A DNA stretch of 64,000 nt from the human T2T-CHM13v2.0 reference genome, Homo sapiens. The stretch lies in the NCBI RefSeq assembly GCF_009914755.1, contig NC_060939.1. One strand, given 5' to 3'. Made by a program: the position numbers and the translations under genes. Below, in pieces: positions 15,414 through 28,270 of this stretch (positions are counted from its first letter, which is position 1; every line of letters starts with the position of its first letter). The notes beneath the pieces were generated by a model. It did no database searches. It was not told where the DNA came from and saw only the letters and a list, made by a program, of their open reading frames with translations.

Positions 15414-18400
15414 AGGTATCTTATTTTGTTGTTGTTGTTGTAGCTACTGCTAATGGGATTGTTTTCCTGATTTATTTTTCAGATAGTTTACTATTAGCAT
15501 ATAGAAATACTACTGATTTGTGTGTGTTGATTTCATATCCTGCAGCTTTATTGAATTTATTCATTTTTTCATGGAGTAATTAGAAATCTAATTTCTTTTG
15601 CTTACTGAATTGCTCTGGGTAAGACTTCCACTACAGTATTGTGTAGAAGTGGTGAAAGTGGGCATCCTTCTCTAGTTCCAGACCTTATAGAAAAAGCTTT
15701 CAACTTTTCTCTGTCCAGTATAATGTTAGCTGTGAATTTGTTATATACGGCCTTTATTGTGGTGAGATACATTCCTTCTATACCTAATTTGTTGAGGGTT
15801 TTTCATGAATGTTGTTGAATTTTGTCAAATGCTTTTTCTGCATCTATGAAAATTATCATATGGTTTTTGTCCTTAATTCCATTAATGTCATGCAAATGTT
15901 TTTTGATTTGTGTATGTTGAGCCATCCTTGCATCCGTGGGGTGAATCCCACTTTGTCATAATGAATGATTTATTAAAATGTGCTATTGAATTTAGTTTGC
16001 CAGTATTTTGTAGAGGATTTCTGCATCTGTTAATCAGGGATATTGACCTGTAGTGTTGTTGCTGTTGTGTCCTTGTCTAGGTATCACAGTAGTGCTTGCT
16101 TCTAAGATGAGTTTGGAAGAATTTTCTCCTCTTTATTTTTCTAGGAGTAGTTTGAGAAGAATTGGTATTAGTTGTTCTCAAAATGTTTGATGGAATTCAG
16201 CAGGGAAGCCATCAGGCCCTCAGCTTTCCTTTAATGGAAGACTTTTTATTACTGAGTCAATCTAATTACTCATTAATAGTCTGGTCATGTTTCCTAATTA
16301 TTTTCATGATTCAATATTAATAGGTTGTGTATGTCCAGGGATTTATTCATTTTGTCCAGGTTTTACAATTTGTTAGCATATTGGTGTTCATAATATTTTT
16401 GTATTAGTCTTCGTATTTCTGTGGTATATTATTGTTTCCTTTTGTGTTTGTGATTTCGTTTAGTTTTCCCTTTTTTGTAGTTACTTTGGCTAAAGGATTT
16501 ATAGTTCTAGATTTTATTTTTTAAAAAAACAAATCTTTGTCATGTTGATCTTTTCTATTAGTTTAGTCTTTATTTCATTTATTTCTGCTCTGATCTTTAT
16601 TATTATGTTTTCCTTCTCTTAATTTTGGGATTACTTTGTTCTTGTTTTATAGTTCTTTGAAGTGAAACTTTAGGTTTATTTTTTTAGATCTTTTTCTTTT
16701 TTGATGTGGGCATTTATTGCTATAAAGTTTTCTCTGAGTTCTGAGTATGCTGGGTCCCACAGGTTTTGGTATGTTGTGTTTTTATTTTTAATTATCTCTA
16801 GAAATTTTTAAATTTTACTTTTAATTGCTTTATTGAACTAATGGGTGTTCAGAAACATGATGTGGAATTTCCATATATTTGCATATTTTCTAAAGCCTTT
16901 CCTGTTATTTATTTCTAGTTTCATACAATAGTGGTCAGAAAGAACACTTGATATGATTTTGATTTTTAAAAATGTGTTAAGACTTATTTTGTGGACTGTT
17001 ATATGGTCTATTCTGGGGAGAGTTGCATGTGTACATGAAGGAAGAATGTGTATTCTGCTGCTGTTGGATGGACATTCTGTATATATCTCATAGTTCTATT
17101 TTGTCTCTAGTGCAATTCAATTCCACTCTTCCTTTATTAATTTTCTCTCTTGTTGATGGGTACATTGTTGAGGATGAGGTACTGATCTCACCTATTATTA
17201 TTGTATTTCTATCTATTTCTCTCTTCATGTCCATTAAGATTTATTTTTTATTTATTTAGATTTATTTAGGAGCTTTGATCTTGGGTGTGTATGTAGTTAC
17301 AATTGTTATGTCTTCTTAATGAATTGAGCCCTTTATAATTAAATAATGACCTTCTTTGTTTCCTGTAACAGGTTTTCACCTGATGTATATTTTATCTGTT
17401 AAAAGTATAACAACTCTTGCTTTATTTTGGTTACTATTTGCATGAAATATCTTCTTCTATCCCTTTATTTTCAGCCTATGTGTGTCCTTAGGGCTAAAGT
17501 GCATCTCTCATAGGAAGCACATAATTGGATATTGTCCATTTTAAACCCATTCAGTCACTCTATTTCTTTTGACTGGATAATTTAATTCATTTATTTTCAG
17601 TCATTATTGATACATAAGGACTACTACTGCCATTTTGTTAATTGTTTTCTGGTTGTTTTGTAAATCCTTTATTTCATCCTCCCTCTCTTGTTGTTTATCT
17701 TTTTCACTTGTTTTTTTTTAGTACTGAGTTTTGATTCCTTCTTTCCTTGAATACAGTTTTTTGCTTCGGTGTTACCATAAGGTTTGCATAAAATACCTTA
17801 TAGTTATAATAGACTATTTTATGCTGCTAACAACTTAACTTCATTTGTATACAAAAACTCTAGACTTTTACCCTCCTCGTTGTAATTTATTTTTTTGATG
17901 TCCCAATATATACCTTTTTATATTATGGTTTTCTTAACAACTTAATGTAGCCATCATTATTTTTTACTGTTTTGACTTTTAACCTTCATACTAGAGAAAA
18001 ATGTGAACGAAAGCACCATAACAGTATTGGGATATTTGAAATTTGACTATATATTTATCTTGACTTGTAAGTTTTATACTTTTATATGTTTTTATGTTAG
18101 TAATTATCATCTTTTTGTTTTGACTTAAATAATTTCTTTAAGCATTTTGTGTAATACGAGTATAGTGGTGACAAATTTTCTTTTGCTTGTCTGAGAAAAA
18201 CTTTATTTCTCCTGCGTTTCTGAAGAACGGCTTTGTATTTCTATTTGTTTTCTTGTACAGCAGTTGTTGTTGTTGTTTCTTTTGCCTGTTTGAAAATATT
18301 ATCCCATTATCTCCTAGACTGTAGGGGTTTCTGTTACAAAATTTACTGATAGTCTAACAGAAATTCCCTTATATATGATCTGATACTTTTCGCTTGCTGC

Positions 18401-20247
18401 TTTAAAAATTTTCTTTTTATCTTTGGCTTTTGACAGCTTAATAATAATGTGCCTTGGTGATGATCTCTTTTTTTGGTTGAATATGTTTGGGGACTTCTGC
18501 AGTTCGTGTGTTTGGATGTCCATTTCACTTTCAAGCCTTGGGAAGTTTTCAGGAATTATTTTATTAAATCAGCTGTTTTTATCTTCGTGTCTAAGTCTTT
18601 TAAAATTTCCCTAATGCAAAAGGTTGATTGTTTAATGGTGTCCTATAAGTCTTGCAGTTGTCTTTGCTCTTTTTCATTCTTTTTTTCTTTTTTTTTCTCT
18701 TCAACTGGGTAATTTATTTTGTTGTTGGTATCTTAGTTTATTCAATTCAATAAACATTTCTTGAATATATAATGTACTTTGATAAGTCCTGCAGTTACCA
18801 AGATGAAGGATGGGATAATTTCAAAAGACCTATCTTCAAGTTCAGAGATTCTTTCTTCTGTTTAATCTAGTCTGCTGTTGAAGCTCATTATTGCATTTTT
18901 ATTTCAATCATTAAATTTTGCATCTCCAAGTGTTTTGTTTCCTTCTAATAATATCTCTTTGTTAAATTTATCATTCAGATCATGAATTTTTTTCCTGATG
19001 TTCTTGAATTGTGCATTTGTATTTTCTTGTATCTCACTGAGTTATCTTAAGATCATTATTCTGAATTCCTTTTCAGGCAATTTGTAAACTTCCTTTTCTT
19101 TGTGGAGAATCATTGTGTTCCTTTGATAGTGTCATAATCTCTTGCTTTTTCATAGTTGTCCTGTCCCTGCAATGATTTATGTGCATCTCATGAAAAAAAT
19201 TACTTCTTCCAAACTTTACCAAGTAGCTTTTGTACAGAAGGACTTTAACCTGCAGTTGGGTCTTCATGCGCCAATGGGGAAAAGTATGGTGGCTCTCGTT
19301 CCAAGTAGATACAGGAGAATAGCTTCTATGCAGCATCTTCAGCTGTGATCAATGTCAGTGATGACTGTGAATGCCTCTGTGGCCTAGGCTGTATGAGTTT
19401 GTGGCAGCAGCAGCATAGGTTTTTAGGGTCCTAGATGGCAAAGATGTTTGAGGTCTTCTTATTCTCAATTTCCCTCCCTATAAGGAGACTTAGCCAAAGG
19501 CATCCCTCCGGTGTTGGGTCTGACACTGCCATAAGCAGCTGTAGTAGCTCTGGGTTTTAGAGTACAGGTGCTAGAGTGGCGTGGAGCCAGGGACCAAGGC
19601 TCAGAATCTTGTGAACCAATTGTGGCACCTGAGTCTTGGAGTTCAGGTTAACTCTGTGAGTAACAAGTGGATGTAGATTGCCCACAGAACTTGGGTATCT
19701 GTGACTCTGAGGCACCCCTTAGCAGCTTGGGCCTAGAAACCCAGGTAGTAGCTGTGACTGTAATCATGAGAGGCAGGGGAACAAGTTATAGCATTGGCCA
19801 AGCTTTGGAGAAAAAGGAATGTTCTGGAGGTTTGGGCCCAGGGGGCAGAGTACAGTTGTAATTTGGCAACCAGAGCCAATAGGGCACAGTGGCAACTCAG
19901 TCTCTGGCAATGAGGCATCATGTCATGGTGACTCTGAACCCTGGGACGACAGAATACATCAATATCCCAGACTCTGTGAGGCCAGGTGGAGTGGCAACAC
20001 TGAATGGGGGAATATAGCTGTCTCTTGTGACCTAGAGGGTAAGGAGCAGCACAGTGATTACTCCAGTCTCTATAAAGGAGGTATCACAGCAGTTCAGACA
20101 CTAGGGAGTTAGTCCAGTTCTAGAAAAACAGAGCACTAAGGTTGTTTGGTCTGTATGGCAGAGTGTCTCAACTCAGCCGATGCTGTTTCCCTAGGTTACA
20201 GATTATTACATCTGACCGTCCCTAGGATGCAGAGCTGCTTGGCTTAG

Positions 20248-20532
20248 CCAAGGCATTAATTACCCAGGAGGTGATGTGCTGATTCAGCTCAAACCCAGGG
20301 GATGTGACTGCTCTGGGTGGCCAAGCCAGTTTTTCCCTAAGATGCAAGGCACTGCTTCCGCTAAAGCGCAGGGGAGCATGGCTGCTCTAGATGGCCAAGG
20401 CACCATTTCTCAGGAGGCAGGGTACAGATTCAACTCACACACTGGAGGAGCATGACTGCTCTGGGTGGCCAAGGTACTGTTTTTCCAGGAGGCAGGTTGC
20501 CACTTCAGCTCAGCCACAAGGGGCAGGGTGTG
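20248..20532. repeat. Degenerate ~74-bp tandem monomers in the old L1M 5'UTR
   Basis: CCAAGG/CCAAGC...CAGGAGG-like units start at 20248, 20321, 20395, 20469. Confidence 0.7.
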
Positions 20533-20697
20533 ACCAGGTGTTTAATTCTGTTCTCTGTGGCCGTCCTGGGTTTCTGTGCTTTGCAGGATTTCTGCTACTC
20601 CTTTAATGTACTCAAGTGCTCTCCTTTGGTTACTTTAATCAAAATGTAGTTGTTTATTGTTTTGACTGTCTTTCTGAGGTAAGGAGACCAGAACTAA
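20533..20697 (+). repeat. Direct copy of 21182-21346
   Basis: About 11 mismatches in ~164 bp by manual alignment. Confidence 0.95.
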
Positions 20698-22377
20698 AAA
20701 CCCTAGAAGAAAACCTAGGCAATACCATTGCCTAGGTAGATGGAGTGGCTCTGCCAGGGCACCATTTTCCCAGGAGGCATTGCATGCTTCAGCCCTGGTC
20801 CCGAGGGGCAGGTCACAGCTGTAACTGGGAGAGGTACATGTGGTGGCTCCATTGCAACTTGGCCCCATGGAAGAGGATGTAGCAGCAGTTTGGCTCATTG
20901 ATGGTGGTCCACTAGGCAGGGGTGGTTGAGCACTGGAATGGAAGGGTACTGCAGCCACTCATCCCTGGAGCAGGACACTCTCTAGCAGTAGTTCCAGTTC
21001 CAAGAAGGCATAGCACAGTAGCTGTGTTGACCACAGTGGGTGAGGTACAGTGTCAGCTCCTGTTGTGGGGGAAGCACAGCTGTGTAGACTCAACTGGCTT
21101 ACTGCCTGTGAGGACATTTTCTCACATGGGGAAGTCCCTCCTGGTTCCAGCTGCTCCTGGATGGGAAATGGGGTGGTGGAGGCCAGGTGTTTACTTCTGT
21201 TCTCTGTGGCCATCCTGGGTTTCTGTGCTTTACAGGGTTCCTGCTACTCCTTTGAGGTACTCAAGTGTTCTCCTTTGGTTACTTTAATCAAAATGTAGTT
21301 GTTTATTGTTTTGACTGTCTTTCTGGGGTGAGAAGACCAGAACTAAGCGCTTCTAGTTGGCTGTCTTGCTAACATTACTCTCGAATTGCAGTATTTTGAA
21401 TTTGGGCCATTCTAATAGGTGAGTAGTGATGTCTCATTTTTATTTAAATTTTCAATTGCATAATGGCCTGTGGTATTGAACATCTTTTCATATCCTTACT
21501 TGCCATCTGTGTATCTTGGGTGAGATGTATGTTCATGTATTTATTTTATTTTTTACCACTTTTTTATTATTATACTTTAAGTTCTGGGATACATGTATTT
21601 CTCCTAATGCTATCCCTCCCTCAGCCTCCCCACCCCCGACAGGCCCCAGTGTGTGATGTTCCCCTCCCTGTGTCCATGTGTTCTCATTGTTCAGCTCCCA
21701 CTTATGAGTGAGAACATGCAGTGTTTGGTTTTCTGTTCCTGTGTTAGTTTGCTGAGAATGATGGTTTCCAGCTTCATCCATGTCCCTGCAAAGGACATGA
21801 ACTCATTTTTTTATGCCTGCATACTATTCCATGGTGTATATGTGCCACATTTTCTTTATCCAGTCTATCATTGATGGGCATTTGGGTTGGTTCCAAATCT
21901 TTGCTATTGTGAACAGTGCTGCAAAAAACATACGTGTGCATGTGTCTTTATAGTAGAATGATTTATAATCTTTTGGGTATATACCCAGTAATGGGATGAC
22001 TGGGTCAAATGGTATTTCTGGTTCTAAATCCTTGAGGAATCGCCACACTGTCTTCCACAATGGTGAACTAATTTATACTCCCACCAACAGTATAAAAGCA
22101 TTCCTATTTCTCCACATCCTCTCCAGTACCTATTATTTCCTGACTTCTTTTTAATGATTGCCATTCTAACTGGCATGAGATGGTATCTCATTGTGGTTTT
22201 GGTTTGCATTTCTCTAATGACCAGTGATGATGAGCTTTTTTTTTTGTCATATGTCTGTTGGCCGCATAAATGTCTTCTTTTGAGAAGTGTCTGTTCATAT
22301 CCTTCGCCCACTTTTTGATGGGGTTGTTTGTTTTTTTTTCTTGTCAATTTGTTAAAGTTCCTTGTAGATTCTGGATA

Positions 22378-22764
22378 ACAGAAATCCAGGATGGCCACAG
22401 AGAACAGAAGTAAACACCTGGCCTCCACCACCCCATTTCCCATCCAGGAGCAGCTAGAACCAGGAGGGACTTCCCCATGCAGGAAAATGTCCTCACAGGC
22501 AGTAAGCCCAGTTGAGTCCACACAGCTGTGCTTCCCCCAGAATAGGAGCTGACACTGTACCTCACCCACTGTGGTCAAACAGCTACTGTATTATGCCTTC
22601 TTGGAACTGGAACTACTGCTAGAGGGTGTCCTGCTCCAGGGATGAGTGGCTGCAGTACCCTTCCATTCCAGTGCTCAAGCACCCCTGCCTGGTGGACCAC
22701 CATCAATGAGCCAAACTGCTGCTACATCCTCTTCCATGGGGCCAAGTTGCAATGGAGCCATCAC
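22378..22764 (-). repeat. Inverted copy of 20840-21226
   Basis: About 14 substitutions + 2 single-base indels in 387 bp; ORF 22024-22578(-) repeats peptides seen in + ORFs 20922-21287 and 21050-21298. Confidence 0.97.
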
Positions 22765-23014
22765 CTTTTTTTTTTTTTTTAATTTAGATGTTCAATTGTC
22801 CCACCATTTGTTGAAATGACTATTGCATTGCTTTTGCTCCTTGGTCAATTATCATTTCCATGTCCATGGGATCAATGATCTGTTGAATATATTGATGTGG
22901 ATGTACTTCTGGGCTTTCTGTTTTGTTCCATTGATCTATTTGTCTGTTGTTTCACCAACACTTCACCATCTCGATTAATAAAGATTTATAGTAAGCCTTG
23001 AATTCAGGTAGCAT
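22762..23014 (+). repeat. Direct copy of 23940-24189
   Basis: About 15-17 substitutions, including a shared T-run and aatttagatgttca...aggtag. Confidence 0.97.
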
Positions 23015-23028
23015 TTCAACAGGGAGTC

Positions 23029-23107
23029 TACCTCTCCCAGTTACAGCTGTGCCCTACCCCTCGGGACCTGGGCTGAAGCAAGCAATGCCTCCTGGGAAGA
23101 TGGTACC
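23029..23107 (-). repeat. Inverted copy of 20758-20836
   Basis: 6 mismatches in 79 bp. Confidence 0.95.
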
Positions 23108-25689
23108 AAAACAGATATATAGACCAATAGAACAGAACAGAGGCCTCAGAAATAACACCACACATCTACAACCATCTGATCTTTGACAAACCTGACAAAA
23201 ACAAGCAATGGGGAAAGGATTTCCTATTTAATAAATGGTGTTAGGAAAACTGGCTAGCCATATGCAGAAAACTGAAACTGGGCCCCTTCTTACACCTTAT
23301 ACAAAAATTCACTCAAGTTGTATTAAAGACTAAAATGTAAGACCTAAAACTACAAAAACCCTAGAAGAAAATCTAGGCAATACCATTCAGGACATAGGCA
23401 TGGGCAAAGACTTCATGACTAAAACACCAAAAGCAATGGTAGCAATAGCCAAAATTGACAAAAGGGATCTAATTAAACTGAAGAGCTTCTGCACAGCAAA
23501 AGAAACTATCATCAGAGTGAACAGACAACCTACAGAATGGGAGAAAATTTTTTGTTCAGGTCTTTTCCCATTTTGAAATTGGGTTGTTTGCTTTCTTACT
23601 GTTGAATTTTAAGAGTTCTTTGTATATTTTGGACAACTGTCCTTTATTATATACATATTTTGTAAGTATTTTATCCCCGTCTTTGCCTTTTCTTCTCATT
23701 CTCTTCACTTATTTCACAGAGCAGAAGTTTTTAATTTTTATTAAGTTCAGCCTATCAGTTTTCTTTCTTGTGTCATGGCTTTAATGTTGTACCTAAAACG
23801 TCATTCCCCTACCCAACATCACCTTGATTTTCTCCTATACTTTCTTATAGGAATTCTACAGTTTTGCATTTTACTTTAGTTTTATGATCCATTATGAGCT
23901 AATTATTGTGAAGGGTGTGGAGGTGTGGGTTTGTCCCCACACCTTTTTTTTTTTTAATTTAGATGTTCATTTGTCCCACCATTTGTTGAAATGACTGTTG
24001 CATTGCTTTTGTTCCTTGGTCAATTATCATTTCCATGTCCATGGAATCAATGATCATTTGAATATATTGATGTGGATGTACTTCTGGGCTTTCTGTTTTG
24101 TTCCATTGATCTATTTGTCTGTTGTTTCACCAATACTTCACTGTCTTAATTAATAAAGATTTATACTAAGTCTTGAAGTGAGGTAGTGTCAGTAATCCAA
24201 CTTTATTCTCCTTCACTTTTGAGTTGGCTATACTGTTTTATTTATTTATTTATTTGTTGCCTTTCTCTATGAACTTTGAGATCACTTTGTGGATATTCAG
24301 AAAATTACTTGAAGAGATTTTGGTGGCAATTAGGTTGAATCTATAGACCTAGTTTGGAAAAAATGGTATCTTGACTATTTGCTCTATTGATAAATGTGGA
24401 CTCTCTCTCCATTTATTTAGTCTTTGACAGCTTTCATCAGAGTTTTGTATTATTTCTCATATTGTATATATATCTTGTTAGATTTATACCTAAGTATTTA
24501 ATTTTGAGGATGGTAATGTAAATAATATTGTGTTTTAATTTCAAGTTCCATTTGTTTATTGCTGATTTATAAAAAAGCAGTTGACTTTTGGAGTATGAAC
24601 ATTGTATTCTGCAACCTTGCTATAATTGCCTATTAGTTCCAGGTGTTTTTTAATAGATCCTTCTAGACTATCTACATAGAAAATAATGTTATCTGCAAAC
24701 AGTTTATTTCTTTCTAATGCTTTTTCTTCATCTATTTATATAATCATGTGCTTCTTTTTTCTTTTTTAGCTTTTTGATATAATTAATTATAATAATCGAT
24801 TCTCTAGTGATGAACCAGCCTTGCATACTTGGGAAAAATCGTATCTGGTTGTGGGTATAATTCCTTTTATACTTTGTTGGATTTAATTTGCTTACATTTT
24901 ACTGAGGATTTTTGAATCTATGTTTATGAGAGATATTAGCCTGTTATTTTCTTTTCTTAAAATATCTTTGGCTGGTTTTGATATTATGTAATGTTGAATT
25001 CATAGAGTGATTTAGGAAGTATTCCATCTTCTTCTGTCTTCTTGAAGTAATTATAGAGAATTGGTACAATTTTCTTCTGAAGTATATAATGGAATTTACC
25101 AGTGAACTTATCTGAATACAATGCTTTCTGTTTGGGAAGTTTATTAATGTTTAATAAATTTCTTTAATAGATATTGGTTTATTCAGATTGTTTCTTTTTG
25201 TATGAATTGGTCTATTTCATCTAGTTTTTCAAATTTGTGAAATTCTAAATTTGTGCAATTAGATTTGTTTATAGTATTCCTTTATTATCCTTTCCATGTC
25301 CATTGGATCTGTAGTAATGACTTATCTTTTATTTCTGATATTAGTAATTTGTGTTTTCTCTCTCTTACCCTTCAACCCCACAGTTATCATGGCTAAAAGT
25401 TTATAACTTTTATTGATCTACTCAAATAAACAGCTTTTGGTTTTATTGATTTTCTGTTGTTTCATTAATTTCTGGTTTAATTTTTATTATTTCCTTTCTG
25501 CTGCTTACTTTGGACTTAATTACTCTTCTTTTTCTAATTTCCTAAGGTAGAAACTTGGAGTATTGATCTAAGATCTTTCTCATTTTCTGGTAAAAGTATT
25601 CAATGCTATAAATTTCTAAGCACTGCTTTCACTGTATCCCACAAATGTTGATTAGTTGCATTTTCATTTTCATTTAGTTCAAAATATTT

Positions 25690-26495
25690 AAAAAATTTTC
25701 CCAGCTTTACTGACATATGTCATCTTTTTTATGTTGCTATAACAGTACACCAGAGACTGGGTAATTTATAAATAAAATATATGTATTTGGCACACAATTC
25801 TGATGGTTCAGATTTCAAGATTGGGCATCTGTATTTGGTGAGGGCCTCTTGCTGCTTCAGCTTATAGCAGAAAGTGGAAAGGGAGTGGGCATGTGCAAAG
25901 AGATCACATGGCAGATGAGAGAGGAAGCCAAACTCACTTTTATAACGATGCACTTTCTAGTAACTTATTCAGTCCTATGAGAATGACAACTCACTCCTAG
26001 AAAAGGGCACTAATCTATGTATAAGGAATCTGCCTCTATGATCCAAACATCTACCACTGGGCCCCATCTCCCAACGTACCACACTGGGGATCAAATTCCA
26101 ACATATGTTTTTGGTAGGGTCAAACTATACCCAAACCTTTAGCAACATATAATTGAAAATTATTGTATAAGTTCAGAGTGTATAACATGACATTTTTGGA
26201 TGTGTATACACAGAAAATGATTATCAAAATCAAGCTAATTGATATATCCATCACCTTAAATAGCTATCTTTTTCGTATTTGTGAGTCTGGTGAGAATACC
26301 TAAGATCTACCCTCTTAGTAAGATATAAGTATACAATATATTATTATTAACTATTGTCACCATGACAGATACTTGGTCTCTTTTATTCAACTTATATTAA
26401 TAACCAAAGTTTGTCCTCTTCGACCAACATCTACCCATTTTCCAACCCCCAACCTCTGGTAACCACCCTTCTGCTCTCTGTTTCTATGAATTTAA
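25690..26495 (-). mobile_element. L1MA-type 3' end, interrupted by an MST LTR
   Basis: cccagctttactgacata|taattgaaaattattgtata...caagctaattgatatatccatcacct...ctctggtaaccacccttctgctctctgtttctatgaa. Confidence 0.75.
25718..26144 (-). mobile_element. MST (ERVL-MaLR) solo LTR
   Basis: TG...CA termini; exact 5-bp TSD ACATA at 25713-25717 and 26145-26149; gttgctataacagtacaccagagactgggtaatttata motif. Confidence 0.85.
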
Positions 26496-27074
26496 TTTTT
26501 ATAGAAAGTTTTAAAAAATATTTTAATATCCCTTAAGATTTCTTCATTGACCCATGTGGTATTTAGAAGTGGGTTGTTTACTCTCAAAATATTTGAGGAT
26601 TTTCTAGCTGTCTTTCTATTACTGATTTCTAGCTTAATTTCATTGTGGTCTGAAATAAGACAATGTGTGATTTTTATTCTTTTAAAATTGTTAAGGTGTG
26701 TTTTATTGCCCAGAATGTGGCCTGTGTTGATGAATGCTCGGTGCAAGCTTGAGAAGTACATGTGATCTGCTGCTATTGGATATAGCAGAGCATAAATGAC
26801 AATTATATCTAGTTGACTGATGGTAGTGTTGATTCTAACTATGTCTTTACTATTAATAATATTCTGCTTTCTGGATCTGTCCATTTTGAATAGAGGAGGT
26901 TTAAAGTCTCCAACTATAATAGTGGGTTTAACTTTTTCTCCTTATAGTTCTATCAGTTTTTATTTTATATTTTTGATGCTCTGTTTTTAAGTGCCTAAAC
27001 ATTAAGGATGGTTATACCTTCTTACTATATTGACCTTTTTACCATTATGTAATACCCCCACTTATCCCGAATAA

Positions 27075-27506
<432 letters not shown>

Positions 27507-27868
27507 TTTTTTCTTTTAAATAGTTGAGCATGGTATATCTTTCTTCAACCTTTACTTTCAATGCATATGTGTATTATTTAACATAGGTTTCTTGTAGAAA
27601 ACATATAGCTGAGACTTCTTTTTGATTCTCAGTCATTACTACTTCAAATATTGCTTCTATTCTTTTCTCTATTTATTCTCCTGATAGTCTTATTACACAT
27701 ATGTTACACTTTTTGTAACTGTCTTACAGTTTCTAGTCTGTTTTTTCAAAAAAAATTTTTTCAGTTTTGAAAATTTCTATTACAATATCCCCAAGCTCAT
27801 AAATTCTTTCAACTGTGTCCAGTCTACTAATGAGCCCATCAAAGAGATTCTTTATGTTTGTCACAGTG

Positions 27869-28270
27869 TGCTGTTGTTTAAATGTTTGTTTCCACCAAAG
27901 CTCATGGTGAAACTTAATCTCTATTGTAATAGAATTAAGGGGTGGGAAATACGACTATGGTATTCACTAAGTGGGACCTTTGGGAGGTAATTAGGATTAG
28001 AGGAGGTCATGAGGAGGGGTGGTATTAGTGGCTTTATAGGACTAGAAAGAGAAACCTGAGCCAGCACACTCAGCCTCCTCACCACATGTTGCCCTGTACC
28101 ACCTCAGCCCTCTGCATTGTGTCCCCATCAGCAAGAAGGCCCTCGCCAAATGTGCCCCACTTGACCTTGGACTTCCCAGCCCCCAGAACTGTAAGAAATA
28201 TATGACTTTTCTTTGTAAATTTGCCAGTCTCTCCAAGTATTCAGTTATAGCAACAAAAAACTAGTAGACA
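27869..28270 (+). mobile_element. MST (ERVL-MaLR) solo LTR
   Basis: tgctgttgtttaaatgtttg..ctcatggtgaaacttaatc...gaccttggacttcccagcccccagaactgtaagaaata...gttatagcaaca. Confidence 0.85.

Larger units (their letters stand above)
21543..23552 (-). mobile_element. L1PA7-like 5'-inverted (twin-primed) insertion: 3' part 21543-22377(-), inverted part 23101-23552(+), templated genomic inserts between
   Basis: 3'UTR text gttctgggatacat..gacaggccccagtgtgtgatgttcccctccctg fits L1PA7 (with an ~85-bp deletion near 21595); degenerate TSD TGTTCATGTATTT 21530-21542 / TGTTCAGGTCTTT 23553-23565. Confidence 0.9.

Noticed and set aside
20248-20532. CRISPR-like or other prokaryotic repeat system
   Set aside because: Degenerate contiguous monomers without unique spacers, inside a mammalian L1; nothing prokaryotic in the window
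22024-22578. 184-aa chimeric ORF (old 5'UTR-derived N-terminus + L1 sequence)
   Set aside because: Accidental read-through across the rearrangement junction; shifts between L1 frames; no promoter or splice support
23015-23028. Filler TTCAACAGGGAGTC as a further L1-templated piece (cf. antisense TTAAATAGGGAATC)
   Set aside because: Only 11/14 match; cannot be told from chance
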